A stretch of DNA of 46,101 nt. It comes from Myxococcota bacterium (GTDB lineage Bacteria > Myxococcota_C > UBA6777). Position 1 is the first letter of the stretch. The number at the start of each line of letters is the position of its first letter. The stretch spans positions 1 to 46,101 of the forward strand of contig JAKLKB010000039.1 in NCBI GenBank assembly GCA_023150835.1, in the 5' to 3' direction. Positions 24,895 through 34,757 of this stretch are shown here, piece by piece. The position numbers and the translations under genes were made by a program. Under the pieces are notes generated by a model. That model had not been told where the DNA came from and searched no databases. It worked only from the letters and a program-made list of their open reading frames with translations.

Positions 24895-26628
24895 TTAGTG
24901 CGTAGGCATCTTGCGGCGTCCGTTGCCAAACGCCTCTCTTCGGGGCTTTCGGGCCTCTTTTGTTGCGGGGATTGTTTGCGAGGGAAGAGGGAGAGTCGAT
25001 GTTTTTTTCGGGATAGCGGGCTTTTTTGGAAGAGCCACAGGAGCGCGCAACGGATCGATCTGATCACCATAGACCTCGCGGAAGATCTCTCGAACTTTGA
25101 GGCGCAGATGGGCTGTGTGCTCGATCGGAGTATATTCGGACTGGCCTTCGGCTTCGCTATCGAGCGCAAAGGTCATGTACGTCGAATCGGCGATCGTGAT
25201 CACCGAAGGTACGCGCCCTTCAGCTTTTAGCGCGATCAACATACTGCGAAATTGCTCAAGACGCGGCTGGAGCAGTTTGCGGCGCTTGGTGAACAGATCT
25301 TGGTCCCACTCGGGATCGGACCCTGCGGTGCGCTTAAACTGATCCGTCGAGTCCACCGAGGCGAAATAATCCAGATCGAGATCGAGCGTGAACCGCCCTT
25401 TGGGGATCGCCTGTAACAGTTGCGCGAACATCTGCGCCCCTTCTCCCTTGCCTGCGCTTGTGATGGCGGTATCGGAGGTCAAGATCGACAGCCAAAACGG
25501 GCGAAACAGATCGAACTTCTCCGCAACAGGCCGCTGTGCGGGCTGGATCGTGATCCACGCATCACCCATCCCAACAGCGGGCTTCTTCGGCTCCATCTGC
25601 GGATCGTAATACAGCCGATAATGCGAGCGTTTGGACTCCGCTTCTTTGATCTCACGCGCTTGTTTTTTGGCTTTGGCTGCCGACCAACGCGGGTCCGCCA
25701 AAAAAGTGGGGGTTCCTTTTTTCGGAACTCCAAAGAAAAAGCGCCGATTGAGAAACTCGGTGTAGCCGTTCCAAGAAGGCTTGCCCCAGATCACCCGATC
25801 ATACCCCGCTGTCAAAACCCCCCCCGCAACGGGCATCGCGCAATCATAGATCGCGTGGGCGATCGTGTGCCATGCGTCTTTTACGTTCACGCCACGCTTC
25901 AACTGATCCACCGCCTTCAACACGGCACTTGGACTGGGCACAGCCCGCATATCGTTGTGTGTATCGAGGTGAAACAACGGCCCCACATCGCGGCGTTGGC
26001 TTTCCTTGATCCAAAACGGCACAGACAGGTGATGCCCGTTGACCTCGTACACAGGGATGGCCGCATATTCGGCTTGTTCATTTTGGACGGGATAGAGGCG
26101 CGCACCGAGCATATACAGATGCTTCCAACGCGCTACCGTCCGCCAGTCTGTGGACTCTTTGCGCAAACGCTCGTGCAAACCGCGCAGCTTTCGCAACAAA
26201 AAAACATCCATCTGCTTTCCCAAACGTGGAAAAGCCCGTCGGATCGTAATCAAGCAATCCACTTCACGAAACGCACCATGAAAATCCCCATCCCCCCGAA
26301 CTTCTGCACACAACTCTTCTGGCGCAACGTTGTTCTTCCCAAGCAACGAACCTCGGATATCGGCCACAGAAGCCAGCGGGATCGGCTGCGGCCCACGCTG
26401 CCACCACCACGCCGAAGCCCCCAACAAACACACCAAAAAACCGCACGACACAAAGCCGCGCCACCACACCGAAGACAAGGACGCCCCTGCTTGCGCATGA
26501 TGCGCAGGCATCGATGGCGGATACATCTGACTCATCGATCTCCACACTCTTGTCGCCAACGTACAACCCATTCCGTCCGAATCAAGCGTCGATCCGAACC
26601 TTTGCCTTTGACGCATCCGAGCATACAC
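24895..26628 (-). CDS. Membrane-anchored UPF0489 / arginase-deacetylase-fold metalloprotein
   Basis: N-terminal hydrophobic segment; VNGHH, LFHLDTHNDM and FTLDLDLDYF metal-ligand motifs; start codon uncertain. Confidence 0.6.
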   Translation of the reverse strand: MYARMRQRQRFGSTLDSDGMGCTLATRVWRSMSQMYPPSMPAHHAQAGASLSSVWWRGFVSCGFLVCLLGASAWWWQRGPQPIPLASVADIRGSLLGKNNVAPEELCAEVRGDGDFHGAFREVDCLITIRRAFPRLGKQMDVFLLRKLRGLHERLRKESTDWRTVARWKHLYMLGARLYPVQNEQAEYAAIPVYEVNGHHLSVPFWIKESQRRDVGPLFHLDTHNDMRAVPSPSAVLKAVDQLKRGVNVKDAWHTIAHAIYDCAMPVAGGVLTAGYDRVIWGKPSWNGYTEFLNRRFFFGVPKKGTPTFLADPRWSAAKAKKQAREIKEAESKRSHYRLYYDPQMEPKKPAVGMGDAWITIQPAQRPVAEKFDLFRPFWLSILTSDTAITSAGKGEGAQMFAQLLQAIPKGRFTLDLDLDYFASVDSTDQFKRTAGSDPEWDQDLFTKRRKLLQPRLEQFRSMLIALKAEGRVPSVITIADSTYMTFALDSEAEGQSEYTPIEHTAHLRLKVREIFREVYGDQIDPLRAPVALPKKPAIPKKTSTLPLPSQTIPATKEARKPRREAFGNGRRKMPTH

Positions 26629-26656
26629 CGACAGCCTTTGAAATCAACCCTCCGCT

Positions 26657-28207
26657 CTAGATCTTGATCGGCTTGGGCAGTTCGTGATCAAACCGCGCCT
26701 TGATCGCCTTTTTGTCGAGCTTTCCTGCACTTGTCTTTGGAAGAGCCTCCGAAAAGACCACGTAGCGGGGGATCTTGTAGCGTGCAAGATGCGCTTGCGC
26801 GTACCGCAAGATATCTTGCTCGGTGCATCCCGCCCCTTCCTCTCGGCGGATCAGAGCCAGTCCGACCTCTCCCCAACGCGCATCCGCAACCCCCACCACA
26901 GCGGCCTCTGCAACCCCCTCCGCCTCATGCAACACACTTTCGATCTCCGCAGGATACACATTCTCGCCGCCGCTGATGTACATATCCTTGAGGCGCCCCA
27001 CGATGCTCACGTATCCTTCGGCATCCACACGCACCAGATCGCCCGTATGCAGCCAACCTTCGCGCAACACCTCCGCGCTTGCTTCGGGACGCTGCCAATA
27101 CCCCGCCATCACATGCGGACCACGCAAACAAAGCTCACCCACTTCGTCCGCTCCCACGCGGCTTCCGTCTTCATCGATCACTTTGATCTCGACGTGCATC
27201 AACGGAAACCCTACAGCACCCGGCTTTCTCTCGATGTCCTCTTTCGGCAACCAAAAGTTATTCGGTCCCGCTTCTGTTAGCCCATAACCCGTCTTAAAAT
27301 GTACGCCTTTTTCCCAAAATCGCTCAAACACCGGCAACGGACACGGCGCACCCCCACTGATCACAAACTTCGTCCCCGAAAAATCCGCTGCTTTCCAGCG
27401 CGGATCTTCTTGCATCAAAATAAACATCGTCGGAACGCCAAAAAACACCGTCACACCTTGGTCGCGCACCAAGTCAAACACCATCCCGACCTCAAAACCT
27501 TTGCAAACAATCGATGTGCCACCCGCATACACCAACGGCGTCGTAAAGACGTTCAATCCGCCCACATGGAACAACGGGGCATTGAGGATCGCCACATCAT
27601 GCGCATCCAACTCCCAACTGATGATCGTGTTGATCGCGTTCGCAAGGATGTTTCCGTGTGTCAGGGTCGCCCCTTTTGGAAGCCCCGTTGTTCCGCCTGT
27701 ATAGCAGATCAACCACGGATCATCCGGCGCGATCGACACAGGCAACAGAGACTCTCGCTCGTCCATCGCCTCCGAAACCGAAAGCAACGGATCTTGCGAA
27801 CGTATCGCCTTCGTCAATGCGATCCACGTCCCGACCTCAGCCCGACTTCCCTGTAGCGAACGCACCGCATCCCCAAATTCTTCTCCGTAGATCAACGCAA
27901 CAGGCCGACACTCCGCGATAAGCGCATCCAACTCACGCACCTGCAAACGCCAATTCAAATTCTGCAAGATCGCCCCAAGGCGACCACAAGCAAAGAACAC
28001 ATCGAGATACTCGATGCAATTCATCGCCAAGATCGCCACACGATCGCCCTTTCCTACACCCAACGTCTTTTGCAGAGACAACGCCAGCCGTTGCACTTGC
28101 TGATCCCACGCCCGATAAGACACCTGCCGACCTGTTGCTTGATCGATCAAGGCGGTCTTTTCAGGGCTGAGTTGCGCCCTTTTGCGCAGCCAATCCGCAA
28201 CAAACAT
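26657..28207 (-). CDS. Acyl-CoA synthetase (AMP-forming, FadD/MenE-like)
   Basis: YTGGTTGLPKG, PLFHVGGL, GYGLTEAG, GWLHTGD, KDMYISGGENVYPAEIE, LPKTSAGK. Confidence 0.93.
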   Translation of the reverse strand: MFVADWLRKRAQLSPEKTALIDQATGRQVSYRAWDQQVQRLALSLQKTLGVGKGDRVAILAMNCIEYLDVFFACGRLGAILQNLNWRLQVRELDALIAECRPVALIYGEEFGDAVRSLQGSRAEVGTWIALTKAIRSQDPLLSVSEAMDERESLLPVSIAPDDPWLICYTGGTTGLPKGATLTHGNILANAINTIISWELDAHDVAILNAPLFHVGGLNVFTTPLVYAGGTSIVCKGFEVGMVFDLVRDQGVTVFFGVPTMFILMQEDPRWKAADFSGTKFVISGGAPCPLPVFERFWEKGVHFKTGYGLTEAGPNNFWLPKEDIERKPGAVGFPLMHVEIKVIDEDGSRVGADEVGELCLRGPHVMAGYWQRPEASAEVLREGWLHTGDLVRVDAEGYVSIVGRLKDMYISGGENVYPAEIESVLHEAEGVAEAAVVGVADARWGEVGLALIRREEGAGCTEQDILRYAQAHLARYKIPRYVVFSEALPKTSAGKLDKKAIKARFDHELPKPIKI

Positions 28208-28219
28208 CCAAACCTCCGC

Positions 28220-29815
28220 TCAATTTGCAATCTCCGAAACATCCGCACGATCCCCGATCAGATACATCGCAGCGATCACAGCCCATCCCGAAAAAGTCGC
28301 CATCGTCGCCAAAAACGCCGGATTGTTGTGCATAAACGAGATCTTTCCAAACGCCACCGCAAAGTAAGCCACCGTCGAGGCCACCGTACCTATCACGATC
28401 GCACGCCGCGACACCTTCGGAAAAAACATTCCACACGCCAACGGCAAAAACGATACCGTAAAAAGCAAGTACACACCGTACTGACCAAAGATCGCCACCG
28501 ACCGCCCTGTCGGGTTCTTGAGTTGCGCAAAACTTAACCACAACGCCAAGATCCCCAAAAATACCATCCCCACGCGCCCAAACCACATTGCACGCTTCGC
28601 ACGAGCCGCTTCTTCCGCTTCATCTTTCGCTGCTTTGCGCTGCAATCCCAGATACAGATCGTTTGAAAAGATCGTAGACAACGCCAACAAGATCCCTTCG
28701 AGCGTCGATATCCCCGCAGCCAACAACCCCACGCTAATCAACACCTGCGCAGCCGCCGAAAAATTCTGCGCGATATACACGATCACCACCGTGTCGAAGT
28801 TGTGCTGCCCCTTCAACGTCACACGCGCATACAACCCCACCAACATCACCAACATAAACACCACACCCGCCAAAAGCCCCACCAACAAATACGTCCGAAC
28901 ATCTCGCTCTTCTTTGAGATACAACGCTTTGCTCACGATATGCGGCTGGCACACGATCGCACATCCCACCACAAAGTTACATACAAACACCTCAAAAAAG
29001 TTCCGAAAATACAGCGACTTTGGATTGGTGATCTGCGCGAGTTCTGGCTGGATCGCAGCCAACTTCCCAAACAGGCCGCCCTCTTGGAAAAACAGATGTA
29101 CTCCGCTACCGATCATCATCAACGCCACCACCAACATGATAATCGCTTGGATCGTGTTCGTGTACGCGCTGGTGTTCGCACCACCCAACATCACATACGA
29201 AAACACAAAAACCACCGCCCCCACCGCCAAGACCTGCTGATAAAACAGGGCTTGTTCCGCCGCTGTACGGATATTCCAACCATACAACAGCCTAGTGATC
29301 ACACCCAGTTCCTGTCCGCTGTGTGCGGCCTCTTTCATCGACACAAGCGGCGGGATCAACATCACAAACAACACCTTGGCGATGGCAACGACGATCAACA
29401 CCACAAAACTCACCAACGCCAACGACAAGATCGCAAAAAAGATCCGCAACCCCCGCGACTGGTAGCGCGTCCCGATCCACTGCGGAACCGACAACGCCGC
29501 AACCCGCGTCCCCATCGCACGAAAGCGATTCGAGAAAAACACCAGCCCCAAGATAATCCCCAACGACGCAGCGCCTCCCATCCCCAAAAGACCCGATATC
29601 CCGTAAGCATAGATCAACCCGGGATTCACCACAAACGTCGCAACACTCGTCAATTGGGCCGTCAAAGAAAGACCCACAAAGGCAGGGTGGATATCCCGAC
29701 TCCCCACCGCAAAGTTCTTCAGCGAATCGGTCTTCAACAAACCGCGTACCGTCAACCATACCGTCACCGCAACATACAGGCTCAACGCAAGCCAAGCCAT
29801 CTGAAATTTGGTCAT
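28220..29815 (-). CDS. Sodium:solute symporter (SSS family)
   Basis: About 13 hydrophobic helices; SSS-like segments FAVGSR, TSVATFV, WIGTRY, YVMLGG..YTNTIQ, QPHI, LAAGIST; ATG 29815. Confidence 0.88.
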   Translation of the reverse strand: MTKFQMAWLALSLYVAVTVWLTVRGLLKTDSLKNFAVGSRDIHPAFVGLSLTAQLTSVATFVVNPGLIYAYGISGLLGMGGAASLGIILGLVFFSNRFRAMGTRVAALSVPQWIGTRYQSRGLRIFFAILSLALVSFVVLIVVAIAKVLFVMLIPPLVSMKEAAHSGQELGVITRLLYGWNIRTAAEQALFYQQVLAVGAVVFVFSYVMLGGANTSAYTNTIQAIIMLVVALMMIGSGVHLFFQEGGLFGKLAAIQPELAQITNPKSLYFRNFFEVFVCNFVVGCAIVCQPHIVSKALYLKEERDVRTYLLVGLLAGVVFMLVMLVGLYARVTLKGQHNFDTVVIVYIAQNFSAAAQVLISVGLLAAGISTLEGILLALSTIFSNDLYLGLQRKAAKDEAEEAARAKRAMWFGRVGMVFLGILALWLSFAQLKNPTGRSVAIFGQYGVYLLFTVSFLPLACGMFFPKVSRRAIVIGTVASTVAYFAVAFGKISFMHNNPAFLATMATFSGWAVIAAMYLIGDRADVSEIAN

Positions 29816-29839
29816 CGAGACATCTCTTTCGTTGGGGAT

Positions 29840-29990
29840 AGGAGTGCCAAAAAAAAGCCGTGTTCGTGCCGCTTGAAGCGACAGAGTCGTTGGTTTGAAA
29901 AATAGGGATCTCTTCGCCAAACACGGGGTCCATAGAGCCGCGCTCCCTTGTGGAGTGGGGTGAAACCCCACAAAAACCATCAAAACTGCG
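29840..29990 (+). mobile_element. Repeat family B copy
   Basis: aaaagccgtgttc...gttggtttgaaaaa...acacggggtcc...gtggggtgaaaccccac. Confidence 0.7.
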
Positions 29991-30013
29991 TGAGTTCTAT
30001 GGGTTAAGAAAAA

Positions 30014-31528
30014 TTAATAAATCCCAAGGCGTTTTTTGACTTCTGCTTTGATCACTTTTCCCGAAGCATTCAAGGGCAATTCTTGTACAAAATGATAGTG
30101 CTTCGGCATCTTGTAGCGTGCCAACCGCACATCCAAAAAGGCGTGGAGAGCTTCGCTTGTCAAACCTTCTGTGCGCGGCACGATCACCGCAACAGGGACT
30201 TCTCCCCAACGCTCCTCCGATTGCCCGACCACCGACGCCATCGCAACATCAGGGTGACCTGCCAAAAGCTTTTCGATCTCCGCAGGATAGATATTCTCTC
30301 CCCCGCTGATGATCATGTCTTTTTTGCGATCGACGATCGTCAAAAACCCTTCTTCATCAAAACGCCCGATATCGCCCGTGTGCAACCAACCCTTGCGGAT
30401 GGTCTTCGCCGTCTCTTCGGGCAGATTCCAATATCCCTTCATCACATTCGGACCGCGCACGACGATCTCGCCAGACTCTCCCGTCGGAAGGGCGTTTCCA
30501 TCGTCATCCACCACCTTGACCTCTGTGTACAAGATCTGCCGCCCTGCACTACCCGCCTTGCGTAAACACTCGCCCGGACCCATCCCCGTCACTCCCGGGG
30601 CCGCTTCGGTCAGCCCGTACCCTTGGCGAAACTCTAAGCCCCGCGCATGGTACAATTGAATCAACGACTCCGACAACGGCGCACCTCCGCTCAACAGCAC
30701 TTGGCACGAACCAAAGTTCGTCTCCGCAAAACGCGGATGATCCGCCATCAAACGAAAGATCGTTGGGACCCCTACCACTCCCGTCACACGGTCTTTTTCG
30801 ATCGATGCCAACACCGCACCCGCATCAAACTTTTGCTGCAAGATCACCGTCGCCCCAACATGCAACATCGGTGTCACCGAGCCATTCAACCCGCCCACAT
30901 GAAACAGCGGCAACAGCACCAAACACACCGTATCTGGCGAAACGCCCAACGACCAGCCGTTGATCGTCTGCCAAAACACATTGCTATGCGTCAACACCAC
31001 ACCTTTGGGATTCCCCGTCGTGCCGGACGTATAGATGATCATCAAGTCATCATCTCCTCCACCCACAGGATCGCCCAACGGTGACTCTCCTTCGCCTCGC
31101 AAGGCGGCTTCATACGCCGATCCTTCCAAGGTTTCGGCGACTTCCGTCAACACAGGCGCTTGTTCCATCCGCCCCGCCAAGCTGCGCGCTCGTTCTGTCC
31201 AACGCCCCGCATAGATCAAAGAACGAGGCGTACAATCGCGCAAGATATACGCAAGCTCGTCCTCCCCCAAACGCCAATTCAGCGGCACATAAATCGCCCC
31301 GATCTGCGCACAAGCAAACAACACCTCGATCATCTCCGCGCAGTTCGGCAACAACACCGCTACGCGATCTCCTTGCCCCACCCCTTGCCCCTTCAACAAC
31401 GCCGCCAGTTGACTCATCCGATGCGAAAGCGTCGTATAACTCCACGCATGGCGCTCATCTTGAACCGCCAGCTTTTTCCGATACAACGCCGCATTCCGCT
31501 CGATCCATGTCGCAATATTGATCCGCAT
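30014..31528 (-). CDS. Acyl-CoA synthetase (AMP-forming, FadD/MenE-like), second paralogue
   Basis: YTSGTTGNPKG, PLFHVGGL, QGYGLTEA, GWLHTGD, KDMIISGGENIYPAEIE, LPLNASGK. Confidence 0.93.
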   Translation of the reverse strand: MRINIATWIERNAALYRKKLAVQDERHAWSYTTLSHRMSQLAALLKGQGVGQGDRVAVLLPNCAEMIEVLFACAQIGAIYVPLNWRLGEDELAYILRDCTPRSLIYAGRWTERARSLAGRMEQAPVLTEVAETLEGSAYEAALRGEGESPLGDPVGGGDDDLMIIYTSGTTGNPKGVVLTHSNVFWQTINGWSLGVSPDTVCLVLLPLFHVGGLNGSVTPMLHVGATVILQQKFDAGAVLASIEKDRVTGVVGVPTIFRLMADHPRFAETNFGSCQVLLSGGAPLSESLIQLYHARGLEFRQGYGLTEAAPGVTGMGPGECLRKAGSAGRQILYTEVKVVDDDGNALPTGESGEIVVRGPNVMKGYWNLPEETAKTIRKGWLHTGDIGRFDEEGFLTIVDRKKDMIISGGENIYPAEIEKLLAGHPDVAMASVVGQSEERWGEVPVAVIVPRTEGLTSEALHAFLDVRLARYKMPKHYHFVQELPLNASGKVIKAEVKKRLGIY

Positions 31529-31570
31529 CTCTCTCTCCCATCCTCAAAAATCGAAGCCATCCCGAACGAT

Positions 31571-32008
31571 CTACAGCAAAGCCAAAGCATCCGACGTCGC
31601 CTCCTCGCCGATCGAGGCTTCGTCTAAACGTTTTTTGGATGAGGCATCCAGTTGCTCGTGCATCTGCGCCACTTGGGTTTGAAGTTGTTCGATCATCCCG
31701 ATTAACCGAGCGATCTCTTCTGTTCGCCGTTGTTGGCCTGTGCGGAGTTCGTCCATCAGATCCTCCACTTCCGCCAACAAACGCTGTACACCGTGCATCA
31801 CCTTGAGCTGATGGCTGCGCATCGCTACGCCTAGCTGCGAAAGCAACAGATCACGCGTCTGCTCGACCATCCGCAGATTCCGCATCACCCCCCCCAAAAG
31901 CCCTGCGGATGCACGCAAAAAGGTATCGCTTTGTACCACCCGCTCGATCCGTTCGTTGGCCTTCAACGCCAACCGATCAAAACGCGGCTTCCAGTATCGC
32001 TCAAACAT
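31571..32008 (-). CDS. Small coiled-coil protein, PhaE / class IV PHA synthase subunit-like
   Basis: ...LLSQLGVAMRSHQLKVMHGVQRLLAEVEDL resembles the PhaE C-terminal L-x-L-P-T-R + coiled-coil pattern; PHA gene context; AGAGG RBS. Confidence 0.5.
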   Translation of the reverse strand: MFERYWKPRFDRLALKANERIERVVQSDTFLRASAGLLGGVMRNLRMVEQTRDLLLSQLGVAMRSHQLKVMHGVQRLLAEVEDLMDELRTGQQRRTEEIARLIGMIEQLQTQVAQMHEQLDASSKKRLDEASIGEEATSDALALL

Positions 32009-32053
32009 CTTCGTCTTTCCTCTCGTTTGACACTTCCCTCCAAAACGCCGCTG

Positions 32054-32083
32054 AGCATAACCAAGCCCCCATCGCGCTGTCAA
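32054..32083 (-). promoter_or_regulatory. Sigma-70-type promoter for the leftward PhaE-like / ligase / symporter operon
   Basis: TTGACA-N18-TATGCT on the minus strand. Confidence 0.55.
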
Positions 32084-32085
32084 GC

Positions 32086-32280
32086 TATTTTTGTGCATTG
32101 CACAAAAATATGCTGCAAAGCACAAAAATGTACTTGACTTTCACAACGGATTGCTGCATACCCAATCAAGCCAGTCAGACGGGCGGCTTGGCCGCAAACA
32201 ATGCAAGCCCAAAACCGTCCACGATCGCAGAAAAGGCCGCCATCAAAGCGCACAAAACACGCTTTTTTGCAGCGCACAAA
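32086..32280. promoter_or_regulatory. PhaR-type operator boxes (TGC..GCA-rich)
   Basis: Palindrome tatttttgtgca-t-tgcacaaaaata 32086-32110; tgctgcaaagcaca 32111-32124; ttgctgca 32151; ttttgcagcgcacaaa just upstream of phaR. Confidence 0.75.
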
Positions 32281-32290
32281 GGAATCTCCG

Positions 32291-32875
32291 ATGAAGAAAC
32301 AAGGACCGGTAGAGATCCGCAAATACTCGAACCGTCGCTTGTACAACACCCAAGAAAGCTGCTACATCACGCTGCAAGATCTCGCGCAGATGATCCAAGA
32401 CGGCCTTGATGTCCAAGTCCTCGACGCCAAAACAGGCGAAGATCTCACACGCGCCATCATGTTGCAGATCATCTGCGAAAACAAAGCGCAGCAAGAAGCC
32501 CTTCCGATCTCCTTTTTGCGCCAAGTCATCCAAGCAGGCGATAAGGCCGTCCGTTCCTCGATCCGCAGCTACCTCTCGATGGGATGGCAGGCTCAACGCG
32601 AAGTCCAACGCCAGATCGGCCATTGGGCCCGCGCTGCCATGATGATGAATCCGCTGCTCGCTCCCTTTCTGGCCGCACAACGCGATTACAGCTCATCCCC
32701 CAACGCAAACCGCCACGATCTCGCTCCCATCCCCACACCACAACTGCCTCAAATCCTCCCTCCCACCGACGATGACGGCTCGCCTTGGGAACAGATCGAA
32801 CGCTTACGGCTTCAACTTGCCGCCATGCAAGCCCAGATCGACGCCATGACACAAGAACACGACGGTGCGGGATAA
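32291..32875 (+). CDS. phaR: Polyhydroxyalkanoate synthesis repressor PhaR
   Basis: IRKYSNRRLYNT..SCYITL..DAKTGEDLTR..LQII..LPISFLRQVI (PHB_acc_N DNA-binding domain); AAGGA RBS. Confidence 0.93.
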   Translation: MKKQGPVEIRKYSNRRLYNTQESCYITLQDLAQMIQDGLDVQVLDAKTGEDLTRAIMLQIICENKAQQEALPISFLRQVIQAGDKAVRSSIRSYLSMGWQAQREVQRQIGHWARAAMMMNPLLAPFLAAQRDYSSSPNANRHDLAPIPTPQLPQILPPTDDDGSPWEQIERLRLQLAAMQAQIDAMTQEHDGAG

Positions 32876-32965
32876 TCCCCCCATCACCTATCCACCCCAT
32901 CCAAAGAAAGGACGGCGCTTCCTCCCCCCCCTCGTTCATAAGGGGGTCTCCGCGCCGAAAAATCG

Positions 32966-33271
32966 ATGACACAACAGACGGAATCCAAACAAAAAAAACC
33001 TTTGCTTCGCCGCGTTTTTCGCCTTGGTATGGCCCTCAGCGGCATCGACACCATGCGCCAGATCGCCCGTCCCCTCGCTCAGATCGCAGCCAACAACCTC
33101 GAACAAGGATTGCAACTTCAACAAGCCCTCTGGGCGCGCACCGCTGAAGCCCTCCAATCCTCACAAGAAGCCAGTCTCCATCATCTCCGACGCATCGCCG
33201 AGATCAACACTCGCCTCACCGAAACGCTGCGCGACAAGATCAAAGGCATGGCCGATCCCGGTACACACTAG
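32966..33271 (+). CDS. Small amphipathic helical protein, phasin-like
   Basis: 101 aa, Gln/Ala/Leu-rich helices, located between phaR and phaC. Confidence 0.45.
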   Translation: MTQQTESKQKKPLLRRVFRLGMALSGIDTMRQIARPLAQIAANNLEQGLQLQQALWARTAEALQSSQEASLHHLRRIAEINTRLTETLRDKIKGMADPGTH

Positions 33272-33545
33272 GACGAAATCCGTCTATTGTGTCAACACAA
33301 CGTATCGGGGAAGCCCCCTGTAGCTGTCCAATCACAGGGCGTCTCCGCGCTCTCCTTCGATCACACATCACTCGGATTTCGTATTATGCCGCATTTCAAA
33401 AACCCCGTGTTCGCTGCCCCTCAAGCGGTGCCTTCGTTGGTTTGAAAAACCTCTGATCGCTCCGCCAATACGGGGTCAAGGGGGCGGCTCTCCCTTGCGG
33501 GGTGTGGGGCCGCGCCCCACAAAGACAGAACAATAGAGACAAACT
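33272..33545. mobile_element. Composite of repeat family A (33272-33383) and family B (from 33387)
   Basis: gacgaaatccg...cggatttcgta|TTA|tgccgc...ccccgtgttc...gttggtttgaaaa...ggggtcaaggggg...gtggggccgcgccccac. Confidence 0.75.
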
Positions 33546-33592
33546 GAACTCTTTCCAAGATGCCCTATCGACGGACGAAAAAGGAGTCTTGC

Positions 33593-34675
33593 TTGCTCAC
33601 GATCTTCAAAAAAGCGACCCATGCCTTCGGCCAAGCGGCCTCTATCCTTGGCGAAGAAGCCCGCAATCTCGGTCGCCGCACACGCAATAGTGCGCGGCTG
33701 CTTCGCACGCCCTACCCGATGGGCGTGACACCTTATGATGTCGTGTTGCAACGCAACAAAATGAAGCTGCTCGCCTTTCACCGCCTCGGCCCTGAACGCG
33801 AAACCACCCGTCGTCCCGTCCTGATCGTCCCCTCCCTAATCAATCGCTACTACATCCTCGATCTCCAAAAAGGCAAAAGCTTTGTCGAATACCTTTCTCA
33901 ACAAGGCTTTCCTGTCTACGTCATGGATTGGGGCCGTCCCGGTCCAGAAGACGCAGAAGTCGACTTTTCGGAGATCGTCGACTCTTTGATCCACGCTGCT
34001 GTACGCAAAGTTTGTGCGTTGCACCATCAAGAAAGCGTCCACCTGATCGGCCACTGCGTCGGCGGGCTGCTCACGCTTACCTACGCAGCCCTTTATCCCG
34101 AGCGCGTCCGCACCCTACTCAATCTCACCACCCCCGTCGATCTCCGCAAAGGCGGTATCTTGGGGCGTTGGACCTCTGGCGAATGGATGGATCCTGACCT
34201 TGTGGTCGATACCTTTGGCAATGCCCCTTGGCCCCTGCTTCAAGCATCCTTTCAGATGCTTGTCCCCCTCGGTATGTTGATGCGCAACGTCTGGATCTAC
34301 GAACAACTCCCCAACGACAATCTCATCGAAAACATCCGCGCCATGGAAACATGGTCCAATGACAACGTTTCCATCCCGGGCGCTTTTTTTCGCAGCTTTA
34401 TTCGAGATCTTTATCAGAAAAATGCCCTCTACGAAGGAACCTTCTCGCTTAACGGACGCCGAGTGGATCTGCGCAGCTTGCGTCAGCCCGTGATGAACAT
34501 CTCATGCCAAGCCGATCACATCGCCCCCCCCGAAAGCGTTGCAGCCCTCAAAGACCTCCTGCCACACACGCAGGATATCGCGATCCCGGGCGGCCATGTC
34601 TCCGTCGTCGCCAGCTCGCGTGCCGTCAAGACTGTCTGGCCGCAGATCCGCCAGTTCTTTGAAGACGCGGCCTAG
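33593..34675 (+). CDS. phaC: PHA synthase catalytic subunit, class III/IV type
   Basis: GVTPYDVV, PVLIVPSLINRYYILDLQ, YVMDWG, lipase box GHCVGG, ADHIAPP, GGHV; TTG start after AAGGAG (ORF open from 33560). Confidence 0.88.
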   Translation: MLTIFKKATHAFGQAASILGEEARNLGRRTRNSARLLRTPYPMGVTPYDVVLQRNKMKLLAFHRLGPERETTRRPVLIVPSLINRYYILDLQKGKSFVEYLSQQGFPVYVMDWGRPGPEDAEVDFSEIVDSLIHAAVRKVCALHHQESVHLIGHCVGGLLTLTYAALYPERVRTLLNLTTPVDLRKGGILGRWTSGEWMDPDLVVDTFGNAPWPLLQASFQMLVPLGMLMRNVWIYEQLPNDNLIENIRAMETWSNDNVSIPGAFFRSFIRDLYQKNALYEGTFSLNGRRVDLRSLRQPVMNISCQADHIAPPESVAALKDLLPHTQDIAIPGGHVSVVASSRAVKTVWPQIRQFFEDAA

Positions 34676-34757
34676 TCCCTCGAACGCATCGATGCTGTCG
34701 CTTCGGTGCGCCCTTTTGGACCCCAGCGATCATCCCACAGGATGATGGGAGAAACCC

